Shown here in pieces: positions 31,175-45,156 of a stretch of DNA of 64,000 nucleotides. Within the stretch, counting starts at the first letter, position 1. Each line of letters opens with the position of its first letter. Location: the NCBI RefSeq assembly GCF_009914755.1, contig NC_060932.1; one strand, written 5' to 3'. Made by a program: the position numbers and the translations under genes. This DNA comes from the human T2T-CHM13v2.0 reference genome, Homo sapiens. The notes beneath the pieces were generated by a model. It did no database searches. It was given only the letters and a program-made list of their open reading frames with translations, and was not told the DNA's origin.

Positions 31175-31666
31175 TGTACAGGCTGAATTGTGTCCCCTTC
31201 AAAGAGATATGCTCAAGTCCTAACTCCTAGTACCTCAGAATGTGGCATTATTTGGAAACAGGGTCTTTATAGAGTCTAAGAAAGCCCAATAGAGTTAAAA
31301 CAAGGCCATTAGGGTGGTCCCTGATCCAATCTGACTGGTGTCCTTATAAAAGGGGAAGTTTGGACACAGAGGCTGATGTGCAGAGGGAAGATCCTGTGAA
31401 GAGACAGGTAGAACACTATGTGAAGGTGAAGGCAGAAACTGTAGTAATGCACTGAAAAGCCAAGGCACATCAGAGATTAACAGAAAAGACACCAGAAGCC
31501 AGGATAAAGGCATGGAACGGATCCTCGCAGTCCTGAGAAAGAAGAAATGCCACTTACACCTTGATTTCAGACCTCTAGACCCAACAACTGTGACACAACA
31601 CATTTCTGTTGCTTCATACGCCCAGTTTTGGATACTTTGTAACAGCAACCCTAGAAAACCAAGACA
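31175..31666 (+). mobile_element. MLT1C-like solo LTR
   Basis: tg...gaattgtgtcccc...agtacctcagaatgtg...acaccttgatttcagac...cagcaaccctagaaaaccaagaca. Confidence 0.88.
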
Positions 31667-31695
31667 CCACAAATTCCTACATGCTTAGGGCAGAT

Positions 31696-32002
31696 CTTTT
31701 TTTTTTTTTTTTTTTTTTTTAAGATGGAATCTCACTCTGTTGCTCAGGCTGGAGCTCAGTGGTACAATCTCACCTCATGGCAACTTCTGCCTCCCAGGTT
31801 CAAGCAATTCTCCTGCCTCAGTCTTCCCAGTAGCTGGGACTACAGGCATGTGCTACCATGCCCAGCTAATTTTTGTATTTTTAGTACAGAAAGGGTTTCA
31901 CCATGTTGACCAGATTGGTCTTGAACTCCTCACCTCAGGTGATCTGTCCGCCTCGGCCTCCCAAAGTGCTGGGATTACAGGTGTAAGCCACTACGTTCGA
32001 CC
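31696..32002 (-). mobile_element. AluS (Sx-like)
   Basis: Poly-T and a full dimer with cctcaggtgatc. Confidence 0.94.
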
Positions 32003-32287
32003 AGATTATTTTTTTATTAACTAAGTACTTTTCTGACTGATCCTGTATGGAACCTTGGAAACACTGACATAATGCTCTGTGCATAATACTCTAGGTCTAG
32101 AAGGGGCCACATGAAGGCTGACTGATTACAGACATTGGGAAACCATTGGCACCCAGACAGTGTTTAAACCCATGAAACAGTTTCACCCAGGCAATGAAGC
32201 TTTGCCAATTTGACTGTTTAAAGGCCAAGATTTTTACTGGGATGCATTTTAATAATAAGTAGGGGGTTAATTGCTTTAAATATCAAA

Positions 32288-32412
32288 TCTGAATGATAAA
32301 TGTTTGAGGTGATGTGTATCCCAATTACTTCAGTTTGATCATTATACATTGTATGCATGTATCAAAATATCAGGTGTACCCCATAGATGTGTACAACTGT
32401 CTAAAATAAACA
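32288..32412 (+). mobile_element. L1MA-type extreme 3' end
   Basis: aatgataaatgtttgaggtgatg...tttgatcattatacattgtatgcatgtatcaaaatatc...gtaccccata. Confidence 0.8.
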
Positions 32413-33329
32413 TCACCTTGTAAATATTATAAATAAACAAAAAATATCAAGAACCATGCACAGTCTTATGACTAGCTTCTGTTTTTCCCTTGTATTCAGT
32501 AAACAAAACTTGGCTGATGGACCTTGGGTTCCTCCTGGGAGCCAGGCATCCATTCATCTTCTCTCCTTTCACTCTCCCTGACCCTCTGTCTCTAAACACT
32601 TGAGTCTAAAGATTTATCTCAGTTAGGGTGGAGGGAGACAGAAAGAAATCCCATTTTGGCATCCATGCCTATGTCTTACACTTATTGCTCAATCTGTTTT
32701 CCTCAATGCCCCCCACTAGGAGGGTATTGAGAATGTTCCCAGCTATAAATAAAGTACATTGGTTCCATTCCATTACTGTTTCTTATGGTTCTATAGCTCC
32801 CTAATTCATGGGAAGAGAGAAATCAGTAGTGAGACTTAAGTTTTATATAAACCTAACCCCAACATCTCAGAAACTACTCATCAATAGGATTTGGAGTGCA
32901 GTAGGAACTTTGTCACACTGCTCAGTACATGTCTCCTTCATCAATAGCCAGCTAACATAAGACACCTCATCCAATAAATGTGAATTAAAATATGTGAGTG
33001 CCAACTATGTTCTAGGCAGGCAATGCCTCTCCCTGCTACAATCTGCTCTTCACACTTCAGCCAAATGATGTTCTGACCCATATCCGATCACATCACTCCC
33101 CTACTTGAAACATTCCACACTCACACCTTCTGTACCATTCCTAGGAGAGAAAGTCCAAACTCCTATGCATGCTTTTCTACCTCCTCTAGGAAGCCTTCTC
33201 TGTCTCCGACCATATTGAGTAGTAAAACCGGGTTTATATGTCAGCTCCCCCAAGCACATGGTGAGATTTTCCTCTCAGGATCAGTTCTCATCCATATTTG
33301 CACACAAGGCTCTCTGGCTGCTGCTCTCA

Positions 33330-34760
33330 TCATATAGACAAATTATTTTGGCAAGGGCTATTCTTGACTCCTGAGCTGATATCAGGATCCTTTTTGGTCC
33401 TTATACCCTTGATTCCTCTGCAACATTTAGCCTTGGGATGCTCCCACCTTCTGGCTCTCACATTTCTTTGATTCTTTGAATTGTTTTTCCTAATTTTCCT
33501 TGCATCTCTCCAATAGCTCTAGCTGAGACTCTTTTGCAAGTTTCTTCACCTTCAAATATATATAAATTGTGAATTTTCTCTTTAGAGTCTGGTCTTACCA
33601 ACAAAATAAAATTTAGACTTCATAATACTGGCTCTGGAGACAAACAGCTATGAATCCAAACCCTGTCATAGGGTGGCCAAGTGACCTTGGGCTTCAGTGT
33701 ACTTATCTGTGAAATAATACCTATCTCACAGGTCTATTGATGGCATCAAGTGAGTTGATACAGTAAAAACTCCTGGCACAGTCTGAGCTCACACACCTGT
33801 GCTAGTGTTGTATAGTCACTGAGTGATTTCAGCCAAGCTCAATTACGGTTATGAGCTGATGAATCCCAGCCCAGATTCTCACCTGGCCTCTGCACTCAGA
33901 TACCCCATTGCCTTTAGACCTATAAACTCACATCAACTCCTCTTGCTGCTTGATCCTCTTCTCCTTCAGCTTTATTGACTAATTCACCCAAGGGAACTTC
34001 TTAACCATCACTGCAACTTTTCCCTTCCCCTCAACACAATGCAAAAACACCAATTCTTTTCATTCCATTACCTCAGCAGTCCTCAATTATTCTCCTTCTG
34101 AGCTACCTTCACCTCTTTAATAATTTCTCCCCACGCCAGCTGTCATCCTCTTTGATTCTAATGTGTCATTTCTGTTACACATACAATCAAGCAACTCCCT
34201 TACTCAAATTGTTTCATAGTCTTCCTTTATCTATAGATACAATCCCAGCTCCAGAAGGGGACACACACACCCTTCATGATCAATCTCCCTGGAATCTGGC
34301 TAGCCCCATCCCTCCTACTCTATCAAAAACAAAACAAAACAAAACACTTGTATGCAGTACTCTTGAAAACCCTAGCACTACCCAGGAGATGACATGCCCT
34401 TTTCCATTTCTGTACCTTTGTGCATACCTTCTCAATGCCTGAGACCCCCTTCCAGTCTTTATCTGGCTTGTGAATGCCCTCTCTTCCAAGTAACCCATCC
34501 TGATACCTCCTGGGTGGGCGTTTTGGGAGTTCTCTGTCCTCCATCAACATCTTGTCCATGTTTAACTTCCATTTCTGACATCACTTTCTTGACTTCCACC
34601 TGTCTCTCTTACACTGTATCAGGAGCAACTTGAGTTCACAATTGTGTCTTTCTCATTGCTCTGCCCAGAATTCTTAGGATAGAGCCAACAAGAGCAAGAG
34701 CTCAAGGTCTCCTAAATGAGCAAATTGATGACAGTCTGTAAATCAATAAACGAAGGAAAA
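33330..34760 (+). mobile_element. Degraded L2 fragments with a MIR at about 33620-33790
   Basis: Pyrimidine-rich L2-like motifs (tgagctgatgaatcccag, actcccttactcaaa, aatcaataaac tail) and a MIR core gtgaccttggg...ttatctgtgaaat. Confidence 0.5.
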
Positions 34761-34899
34761 TGACCCTGAGGTTTATCTTTCAAGGGGGGATTTGTATGAA
34801 AATGCCATGGGAGAAACATCACACATTCCTTTTGAGGAGGAAAACATCGGCAAGAAGTGAGTGAGCCAAAGGGGACTCTTTTCTCATTCACTCTCTTTT

Positions 34900-35490
34900 T
34901 TTCTAGGGTACATGTGCACAACATGCAGGTTTGTTACATATGTATACATGTGCCATGTTGGTGTGCTGCACCCATTAACTCGTCATTTACATTAGGTATA
35001 TCTCCTAATGCTATCCCTCCCCCTTCCTCCCACCCTACAGCAGGCCCCGGTGTGTGATGTTCCCCTTCCTGTGTCCAAGTGTTCTCATTGTTCAATTTCC
35101 ACAGAGAAATAGGAACACTTTTACACTGTTGGTGGGACTGTAAGCTAGTTCAACCATTGTGGAAGACAATGTAGCGATTCCTCAGAGATCTAGAACTAGA
35201 AATACCATTTGACCCAGCCATCCCATTACTGGGTATACACCCAAAGGAATATAAATCATGCTGCTATAAAGACACATGCACACCTATGTTTACTGCGGCA
35301 CTACTCACAACGGCAAAGACTTGGAACCAACCCAAATGTCCAACAATGATAGACTGGATTAAGAAAATGTGGCACATATACACCATGGAATACTATGAAG
35401 CCATAAAAAATGGTGAGTTCATGTCCTTTGTAGGGACATGGATGAAGCTGGAAACCATTATTCTCAGCAAACTATCACAAGGACAAAAAA
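34900..35490 (-). mobile_element. L1PA (PA4/5-like) with 5' inversion (twin priming)
   Basis: 3' UTR on minus at about 34900-35102; ORF2 C-terminal piece on plus at about 35103-35490; perfect TSD tcattcactctctttt at 34884-34899 and 35491-35506. Confidence 0.95.
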
Positions 35491-35861
35491 TCATTCACTC
35501 TCTTTTAAGGAAGGAGAAAAAGGGGACCATGATCACTTCTGAGGACTCTATTTGGAGACTAAACTTTTATTATGGAAATGTGAGTGCAGTTGGTTAAGAA
35601 AGTATCTCTCACGCCTGTCAGTCATTGGCTGGAAGGATTCAGTTCTCAAAACCCACATTATCTTCTCGTTATTCAAGGAAGAGACCCTGGCAGGTGCCAA
35701 GCAGTGAGAAAGGGAAGTCTGAGTATAATTTCCTCCTGAGAGTACCGCTCTATAAATTCACTGTTTGCAGCAGTGCATAGCATTTAAGAAATAGGGGGAG
35801 AAAGACATCACAACATTTGAATGCCCTTGTGTGAGCCAAATAAAACAAAATATGCACTGTG

Positions 35862-36240
35862 GCACTATGGTAAGAATGTGTCCCCTCTAAACTGTATGTT
35901 GAAACCTAATGCCCTCCTAACGGTGTTAAGAGGTGAGGCCCTTTGGAATGTGATTAAGTAATTAGGGCTTTGTCCTCATGAGTGGATGAGTGACTTATAA
36001 AAGGCCTGGAGGGAACTAGCTTAAGCTTTTTCTCCCTTCCACTTTCCACCATGTGACAGGGCAGCATTTGCCCCTTCTATCATGTAAGGACACAGCACTA
36101 GGGCCCTCACCAGGCATCAAATGCTGGTATCTTGATCTTGGACTTTCCAGTCTCCAGAACTGTGAGAAAATAAGTGTATGCCATTTGCAAATTACCCAGT
36201 TTCAGGCATTTTGTTATAGCAGCACAAAAGGACTAAAATG
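35862..36240 (+). mobile_element. MST (MSTC/D-like) MaLR LTR
   Basis: tatggtaagaatgtgtcccc...atgttgaaacctaat...tcttgatcttggactttccagtctccagaactgtgagaaa...ttgttatagcagcacaaaaggactaa. Confidence 0.85.
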
Positions 36241-36261
36241 GTGTGTTGAGGGGGGCATGGT

Positions 36262-36325
36262 AGAGACAGAAAGGGAAAGAGAGAGAGAGAGAGAGAAAGA
36301 AAAAGAGAGCCAGCGAGTGAGAGAA
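36262..36325. repeat. (AG)n purine tract
   Basis: Direct read. Confidence 0.85.
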
Positions 36326-37239
36326 AACATAAGAGTATGTGAACGCTAGAGTCTAGGCATCCAAGAATGAATTCTTTCAAGTGGCCACTTGCAGAACGTT
36401 CAAAACCAGGGCAGATATTGAACCCATGTGAGCCTCTGCTTCCTCTATGATTTAGGGATAATACAATATTCCTTGTAGAATTGTGAGAATTACATGAGGT
36501 TATTTGTAATAACACAGAATTTTAAAATTTTTCTTCTCCAAAGAATTCTGGTTAACTCCATTGGGTTGAGACATAAAAGACAGTTTCACCCAATGATGGT
36601 GAAGTGATTTTTTCAAATAAAACACCAAATTTTACTTGGTCTGAGAAGACAATGTATGATGGTGAAAGCAAAGATCTCCCTACTTTGAGGAAGGACATCA
36701 GAACAGCCTCCAATGGTGTCTTCCGTTTTTCCAAAAGTTTCTAAACAGTAACTCAGCTACCTGAGTGTCAATGGCTGGGGTCTGTGGAGCCACGGAAACC
36801 CTTACATCAGCTGAATGGAAGATTTGTAGACATTTTCTGTTTATGAAAACTCCTCTCACTTAAAAAGTGCAGATCCATTACCTAATACCATGAAGTTTCT
36901 TAATCTATGTTTAATTCTTCTAAGCTTTGTGAAATGTCTTTTGCAGAGGTTTTAGAAGGGGTGGAGCAGAAGAGATTTGGGAGTATATGAGGACAATTAA
37001 GTCAAAGATCATTTCCTCCCTCACCTTGTTCAATGATAGAAGAGTTTGATCAAAGAGAATATGAATCTTCATGAACATTAACCTGGACTACAAAGCAAGA
37101 CAAGCAGCAAGATGTATTCATTTTTAGAGCATATTATTTATATTATCAATAGAGAATAGTTTCCTAAAGAAAAAAAGACAATTTTAAATAATGAAATTAT
37201 GAAAATTTGTGCTACTGTTGCATAGCAACATGTTTTTCC

Positions 37240-37580
37240 CCCATTTATAAAATGCTCTTAAATGCATTATAATATTAAAACTAAAACTATAAAACAAGTG
37301 AAATGTCCAAAAATACAGCATTGGTTAAATAAATTATAATAGAATCACATGATGGAATTCTGTGTAGTTATTAATTATGTTGTAAAAATATGTAGGGTTA
37401 TTGAAAATGTTTATAACTTGGAAAGTGAGAAAAACAGAGAGTAACTTATACACTACATTTTTGTGAAGGAAAATACACGTGAATATAAAATAGTTTGTGC
37501 CTAGTGAAAGAATATGATGACATTTTTCTTTGTACTTTTTCTTATTTCCACAGTATGCATATTTATGTAATCAGAACTAT
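37240..37580 (+). mobile_element. Ancient L1ME-type 3' fragment
   Basis: aaatgtccaaaaatacag...ggttaaataaattata...atggaattctgtgtag...ttatgtaatcagaa. Confidence 0.6.
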
Positions 37581-37944
37581 AAACATACACAGATACATAT
37601 ATGTGTGCAACTGAAAGTTTAAAATGAAGATATCTAAAGGAATACATTTAAAACTGCTTTTGAGCAATATCTGACAATTCATGGGAAAAAAAAACAAGAG
37701 CAGTGAAGGATCCCACTCTCTTTCTTATACCTCCTCTGGCCCAAGATCTACTCAAAAAACTTCTAGGAAAGAAACATTCTAGAGTTTAGTATATTTTATT
37801 GACTATATTTCCCTAGTGTCCCTACAGCTATCATTTCTTTAGAAACGTGGCATTTTCACTTTGTAGATCTCAGATGTAAAGTAAAAAAGAGAAAATGTGA
37901 TTTATCCTATTGAAGCCGATAGGAATAAACATGGTGTCCGTTAG

Positions 37945-38290
37945 TATATTAACCCATTTTCATACTGCTATGAAGAAATACCCAAGACTGGGTAATTTAA
38001 TGAACTCACAGCTCCACATGGCTGGCGAGGACTTACAATCATGGCAGAAGGTGAAAAAGGAGCAAAGGTACATCTTACCTGGCAGCAGGCAAGAGAGCAT
38101 GTGTAGGGGAACTACCCTTTTTAAAATCATCAGCTCTCATGAAACTTATTCACTACCACGAGAAAAGCCCAAGAAAAATCTGCCCCCATGATTCAATTAC
38201 CTCCCACCAGGTTCTTCCTACAACACATGGTGATTATGGGAGCTAAAATTCAAGATGGTATTTGGGTGGGGACACAGCCAAACCATATCA
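37945..38290 (-). mobile_element. THE1 (C/D-like) solo LTR
   Basis: cattttcatactgctatgaagaaatacccaagactgggtaattt...atggcagaagg...gggtggggacacagccaaaccatatca. Confidence 0.92.
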
Positions 38291-40659
38291 ATTAAGTTTT
38301 TAAGTGGCAAGAAGACCCCTTCCTGAGGAATTAGCTGGAATAAGTATAAAGTACCTGCATAAAATGTAGAGAGGAACATACATTCAGAGCTTGACCAGAT
38401 CGACAGTCTGTTCTAGCCCTGGCACTGACCAGCTGAGGATGTTTGGTTCAGAGTCTCAATTACAATCAATGGAGTAGTCCATAGAGGGCTTGGGTCCTCT
38501 TGGCTTGTACTGTAAAACCTGGGCCTCTATTTTACTAGGTGCTTTACAAATATCACCTCATGGACATTTAATAGATTCTGCAAAACAAATGAAGAAAGTG
38601 AGATTTAAAAATTTTAATAACTTGCCCATGGGTACCCTGCTAATAATAGAATAAATGAAATTAGAACCAGGATATGTGTCTCTTAAATGTCTCTGATTTT
38701 CTATTATCCTACCTTCATGGCCACATGACCTTTTACTCTACTTAAGAGACCTCAGTGAGAACCGTCAAGTACCTTTAGAGTACAGAGTTCTTTTACAGCA
38801 CAAAACTAGAAAGGACCACACTTCCCAGTGGCATTCTGCTCTGCCTTTGATTCCACCAGGAAGTATCTGGGCCCTGTGGGTGGCTCTGAGCTCACCAGAG
38901 GCATTTTAAATCTCAGCAGGTCAATGTCCGGTCCCCTAGAAAGAGCTTTTCTTTATACACCTGCTGAGCCTGTCCTCAGCCAGGGGTTAAGAGGATAAAA
39001 GGCTCAAAGCAGCAGGCTCATGAAGTCACAGATTAAAAGGTAAATTGAGAAAAAAAAATAGGACAGGGCAATCATTAACAGGAATGTGGATTTGTCCAAA
39101 AAATAATCCAGAATGTTCATCTACATAAGCACTTGGGTAACTGAAGTCTATTCACTCATCATAGGAACAATGATAATAATGTCATTGTATGAAAGGGGGA
39201 TGTAAAATTGTTATTAAAATAATATTTATGGAATTTTAGAGAAAAAAAGACTCAGAGATGAACAAGGCTACCTACCCCTTTGTGCTAGATGAAACACTGA
39301 CTGTAAGTGATCAATATCCTACATCAAACTGGCTTTAACAAAAATAAAAGGAATGGATTGGCTTGAACAACTGAAAAGTCATGAGACTGGAATGATGCAT
39401 TAAATCCACTGCTTCTGTGGTGTGTCCAAATCATACCCACCTACCATTCATCATGGTGGACACTCTACCTTCACAAATGCACCATTGTCAAAGCTGTCGT
39501 AATGTTAAACTTGAAGGTTCACCTGCATGCTGACTGCCCAGCTCTCTAACAGTTGTTTCTTAGTCAAGCAAAGCTGAACACTCAATGCAGCTCTCAAATA
39601 TTTATAATTCCCACTCACTTTCAAAAGTGTGGGAATGAATGAAAAGGATCTCAACATATTTTAATAAGAGAAGTGGGGAAAAAAGATTGTTTCTGACAGA
39701 ACCAGACAAATCAATTAATCACTGGCAAGCAAAGATAATTGTATTTCTGAGTCTATTAAGGCACATTAGGGCTAGTTAGCTAACTTCACAGGGGAGCTGG
39801 ATGTCGCTGGGCATTAGGCAGTGATGGGACACATCAGGTAGAAACACAAGATGACATTGTCTTTCAGGAAGCACTTGACTTTCAACTCAACCATTTCCAC
39901 TTTGGTAGAGAAAAGGCAGGTGAGTACGTTCAAAGGAGATTTCAATCCTAACATTTCTATGAGCCTTCACACTTTTACATCAGCTCTGATAATACTGATT
40001 ATAGGTCCTTTTTGTGAGACTGTTCTGTGGATGAGAACAGAATTTCTCAGTAAAATCATCTAAAGCCACTGGGGAGAAAATCTCCTAAATGATATGTAAA
40101 GAAGGAGAGGAAGAAAGACAGGGGATGAATCTCAACATCAAACAATGAAAAATCTTACTCGGAAAGAAAATCAGTTTGATTTAGAGTTTTGTCTGAATTA
40201 ATATTTAAAACCAAATTTGAATTCATTGTCAAGGACAAATGTTAGCTCCATTTCAGCTAACAATATTAGAAATGCAGGTTCATGCTCTCGTAAATAGATA
40301 CAAATGAGTTATGGATATACTGATGATTAACAAATATCTATGTAATGAGTTTTATAATTAATTGTTCACTTAGAAAGTATTTCCTTGGGGGAAAAGTATT
40401 GCATATGAAAATAAGACCATTCCTCCTGCTTTCTCACCACTAGCACCAAGCTGGAAAGCTAACACAAAGTCTCTGGAATTTCCACAGCAGAAGAATGCAT
40501 AAATGGAGTTAAGATCCAGTGTCCTATTGGGGAAGAGGAGGCTTCGCAATCTGGTTATGAAAGTAGAAGTCAGGGTCTCATTTTCTTTATAATAAAGAGG
40601 CTAGCAAAGAGAGGCTGAGATTACTTGGCCTGTGCAATCTTCACTTAGCCTTAATCCCA

Positions 40660-40812
40660 TCATTTCCAACCTTGGAATTACCTCGGGAACTTTAGCAAGT
40701 GCTGACACCTCGGTCCCACTGTGAAGATTTTTTTTACTTAGTTGGTCTGGAGGATGAAAATTTCAGTTTTCCAGGAACTTCTAGTACATGATGAAGTTTG
40801 AGATTTTCACAG
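40660..40812. mobile_element. MER5-family fragment
   Basis: ggaattacctcgggaacttt...gctgacacctcggtcccac...aagtttgaga. Confidence 0.5.
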
Positions 40813-40824
40813 GAACTCTTTCAG

Positions 40825-41317
<493 letters not shown>

Positions 41318-41969
41318 ATTTAAATAGAACGTTAGGAATTTGGAATCATCTTCTATTACTATCATTTAATGAAGATCCATGTGACTCATCTGTAATTGAA
41401 TAAATTTTGAAAGAAGAAACAGGAAGTTCAATACAATGAAAGATAAGCTACAATTTTTCTCCCAGTACGCACTAGACCCTATGCTGGGCACTGGCAATGC
41501 AAAGTCAAATAAGATCAGATCTTTACTCTGAAGAAGCTCACATTGACAGAGAAGAAGGCAAAGCCACACTTTACATCTCTAACATTCCTTTTTTGCAGTT
41601 TCCTCTTCCGCAGTCTAGAAAGTCTGTGGCAGTTGACACTCACATCCCTACATCTCCAAGTCTAATAAAAAGTATGCTGCAATAAATAAATTCATAAATC
41701 CTCTCACCTCCGCCCACTCCCCCACTCTTACTCTTCACTTTAACCATGAGTTGTCATCTTTGGTCTTTCAGGTGGGCTCAGCATTCTGATATCCAGGTCC
41801 CTTGTCGGGCTGACCCACATCCATCCTTAAAGTGACAGCTCTGCTGTTATTTCACTCCGAGACATCTGTTCTGACTCTGCCTAGAGACTGCATTCCTCCT
41901 TCTCTGTTTCTTCATAGTATCCCCAGTCTGTCTCAGTGACAAGCATCTACCATGCATATGATGGCCATT

Positions 41970-42290
41970 TTCTTTTTTTCCTGATTTTAAATTTTAGTTT
42001 TAATTTTTGTGGGTACATAGTAGGTACAGATATTTATGGGGCACATAAGATGTTTTAATATAGGCATGCAACACATAATAATCACCTCATGGAGAAGAGA
42101 GTATTCATCTCCTCAAGCGTATTTATCCTTTGTGTTATAAACAATCCAATCACCCTCTTTTAGCTATTTTTAAATGTATAATTATTATTGACTATAGTCA
42201 CTCTGTTGTGCTATCAAATAGCAGGACTTATTCTTTCTAATTTCTTTTATACCCATTAACCAGCCCCACCTCCCTCTCACCATCCCCCAC
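41970..42290 (-). mobile_element. L1MA2/3-like 3' end
   Basis: aatttttgtgggtacatagtaggt...tatttatgggg...aacaatccaat...tagtcactctgttgtgctatcaaata. Confidence 0.88.
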
Positions 42291-42524
42291 CCCCATTTTT
42301 TTTTTTTTTTTTTTACCAAATACCATTACACAATTTGGTGATGGTAGGGACCATTCATCTGATCATCTCCTCAAGTAGTACTGTGCATGGACTATGGTGC
42401 ACATGCGAGTCTTCACTGACAGCCATTGGTTGAGTGACCCTTTAATTTATGAGACTTTGGTCTGAATGACTTATAGCTGTTTCCACAACCTCAAGTCACC
42501 TTCTAAGATGTGAAGAAGATGTTG

Positions 42525-42725
42525 CAAGGTGGATAGCACATACTGCTTGAAGTCAGATGTTCTGACCTTCTCATTTGTCAGCTGTGTGTACTTGGGCAAA
42601 AAACTTAGCTTGAGGCCTTGGTTTCTTCATGCCACAGAAGTTATAGAGAGTCTTGGGGACGTTTCGAGGATAAATTGGATAATGTATAAATGGTATGACA
42701 CATGGTACGATTACTTATTATTGTT
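42525..42725 (+). mobile_element. MIR SINE
   Basis: cagctgtgtgtacttgggcaa...gaggccttggtttcttcat...gaggataaattggataatgtataaa. Confidence 0.7.
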
Positions 42726-44634
42726 ATCTAATTGGGATACACATACCCTGTAAAAATAACTTCAAGATTTACTGAAATATTTGAACTGATGGTCATTTTC
42801 TATGTATATGTCAGCCTCTCTCATTAGCTGGTAAACACCTCAATGGCAGGGGCTCTATCTTTTCATCTTAGTGTTTCTAGAGCTGAAAGCAATACCATAT
42901 GCCAACTAGTGTCCTTGGGAATGAGTAGATGACCAAATAAAGCATGTACAGATGTGCCTTAGGAATATGGAAAAGCTACGGATTCCAAAAATCTGGGGTG
43001 AACACAATAGCTAAATGTCAATATGCAGAAATGGTTGGGAGAGGAGGTTATACTGAGCTGGAACTTGTATAGCATAGAATTTTCAAGAGAGATGCTAGGG
43101 GGAAGAGGGCCAAGAATTGTCTGATGAGTGAGAGCAAAAAGAAACTGGGAGGGTTTTAAAGAGGGAAGCAAGGTGGTCATGACAACCTTTTTGGGTAGTA
43201 ACTCCATTAATAGTGTTAATGACAGGTTAGAGACAAGGCTGTACTTGTAGTAGTGAAAATTTAGTTGGCATCTGCTAGATACAAAGTACCCTACTACCTT
43301 CTCTGCCTATATTAATTAATGCCGTAAACTTTCAGATTGCCCCACAAGACAGACTTTGTCACCACCATTTTACAGGCCATACAATGTTGGGTTGGGGGAA
43401 GTTTCCAAGTCCTCAGAGCTCAAAAATGGCAGACCATGGCTTCAAATTAAGGTCTGACCCCAAAGCCAGGTCCTCAGTACTTCCCTGCCCCTGACTTTTT
43501 GTCAGCATGAGTCTTACTGCTGAATGTGGGGGTGATATCGTATGATTCTTGATGACTGGTTTGAGGAAAAGTTTTCCCTTTGAGAATTTGTGTCAGTCCA
43601 TATAGACTTTGGATGAAGGCATGTTGACTGTTCGCTCAAAGCCAACATCATTACAAGGCAGTGTGCATTCTCAGACTGGAACAAACACCCATGAATATAA
43701 ATGTGGTAGAAGCAAGGAACTCCCTGATCAGGACAAATTATCAGGCAATATTCTTTCTTCTTTATCTTTATGCTTCCAACATAGCATCTTATAAAAACTG
43801 GAGGGGAGGTTTCTTTCTGGCCAGCTATGTAACAATGAGCTGCAACATTTGGATGGAGGAGATATTTCTCATAAACTATGTAAATGAGGTGGAACTTGGA
43901 AGACCACAGTCAGGCTCAGTCTGAGAAAGGGTACTCTCCCTCTCTTGCAATCCCCAACTCTAATTTTTACCATCCCAAAGACCTTGTAGAGCACACATTT
44001 AATCACACATCCTCGCACCCCAAAAAGGAACCAACTTCCCCAAAATCTACATTTCTTCTCCTTACTAATGTCAGAAGACCATTTGCTTTTCTTCAGAAGC
44101 TACCCTGGGGCCCCACCTTGCACACCAGGCTTGGATTGTAGCCATGCCCTCTCCATGGAACACTTGCTGGATAAAGTAATTACACTTCATTTTAAGCATA
44201 GCTCCTGTGGGACTCAGAGGAGAAAAATACTTAGCACTTGAGCATCAGGGATCATGCCTGTCAGGAACACCCCCGGCAAATGCAGAATCCTGGTTGGCAT
44301 CATGCCCAGTCTGTCCACAGCTGCCCAAAGGCAGGATCTAGGAGGCTGGTGGTTAACAAGTGCAAGGTTTTGTTGCTGATGAGACCGTAGAGATGTGAGA
44401 CATCATTACAAAACAGTGTGCATCCACCTGAGAGGTCTAATTCACTTCACCAAAACCACGCTCAGACCTGTCCATAGAAGTAACTGCAATCAAGTGACCC
44501 TCAAGCATATGTAGTCATAAGATTATGCCCTCATCCACATCTGAAGTATGTGCCTAAATACGCACCTTCCTTGAAACCGTGAAATGCTAGCCTTAAGAGC
44601 TAGAAGCTTGTAAGAATATTCCTAATCTTCTGGG

Positions 44635-44860
44635 CGAGTGGTCTCCAACTATTAATGATTTGCATGCTTATCTGTAAAACCATTCTTGAGTATAAAACCC
44701 CAATATATGTATATTTATTTATAAATACTATACATGTACAATTATCCTCATATATAATATGCATTATAAATATAGAAAAAGGTTTTTTAAAGAGAGAGAA
44801 GGATATAATAATCCATGTTTTAAAAATAGATATTTTATATATTAATAGATCACATAACAT
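44635..44860 (+). mobile_element. hAT-Charlie-type MITE fragment (Charlie18a-like)
   Basis: agtggtctccaa terminus and accccaatatatgtatatttatttataaatactatacatgtac. Confidence 0.5.
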
Positions 44861-44863
44861 TTT

Positions 44864-45156
44864 GGGTTTTTTTCTGAGATGGAGTCTCGCTGTGTCACCC
44901 AGGCTAGAGTGCAGTAGCACAATCTCAGCTCACTACAACCTCCACCTCCTGGTTCAAGCAGTTCTCCTGCCTAGGCCTCCCAAGTAGCTGAAATTACAAG
45001 TGCCCGCCACCACTCTCAGGTGATTTTTGAATTTTTGGTAGAGATGGACTTTCACCATGTTGGCCAGGCTCGTCTCAAACTCCCAAACTCAAGTGATCCA
45101 CCTGTCTCAGCCTCCCAAAGTGCTGGGATTACAGGCGTGAGTCACCATGCCTGGCT
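44864..45156 (-). mobile_element. Alu (Sz/J-like) with 16-bp TSD
   Basis: ctcaagtgatcc diagnostic; TSD gatcacataacatttt 44848-44863 / gatcacgtagcatttt 45157-45172. Confidence 0.94.

Noticed and set aside
39606-39636. Imperfect hairpin attcccactcacttt / aaagtgtgggaat
   Set aside because: Short and gapped; may be chance or a decayed hAT fragment.
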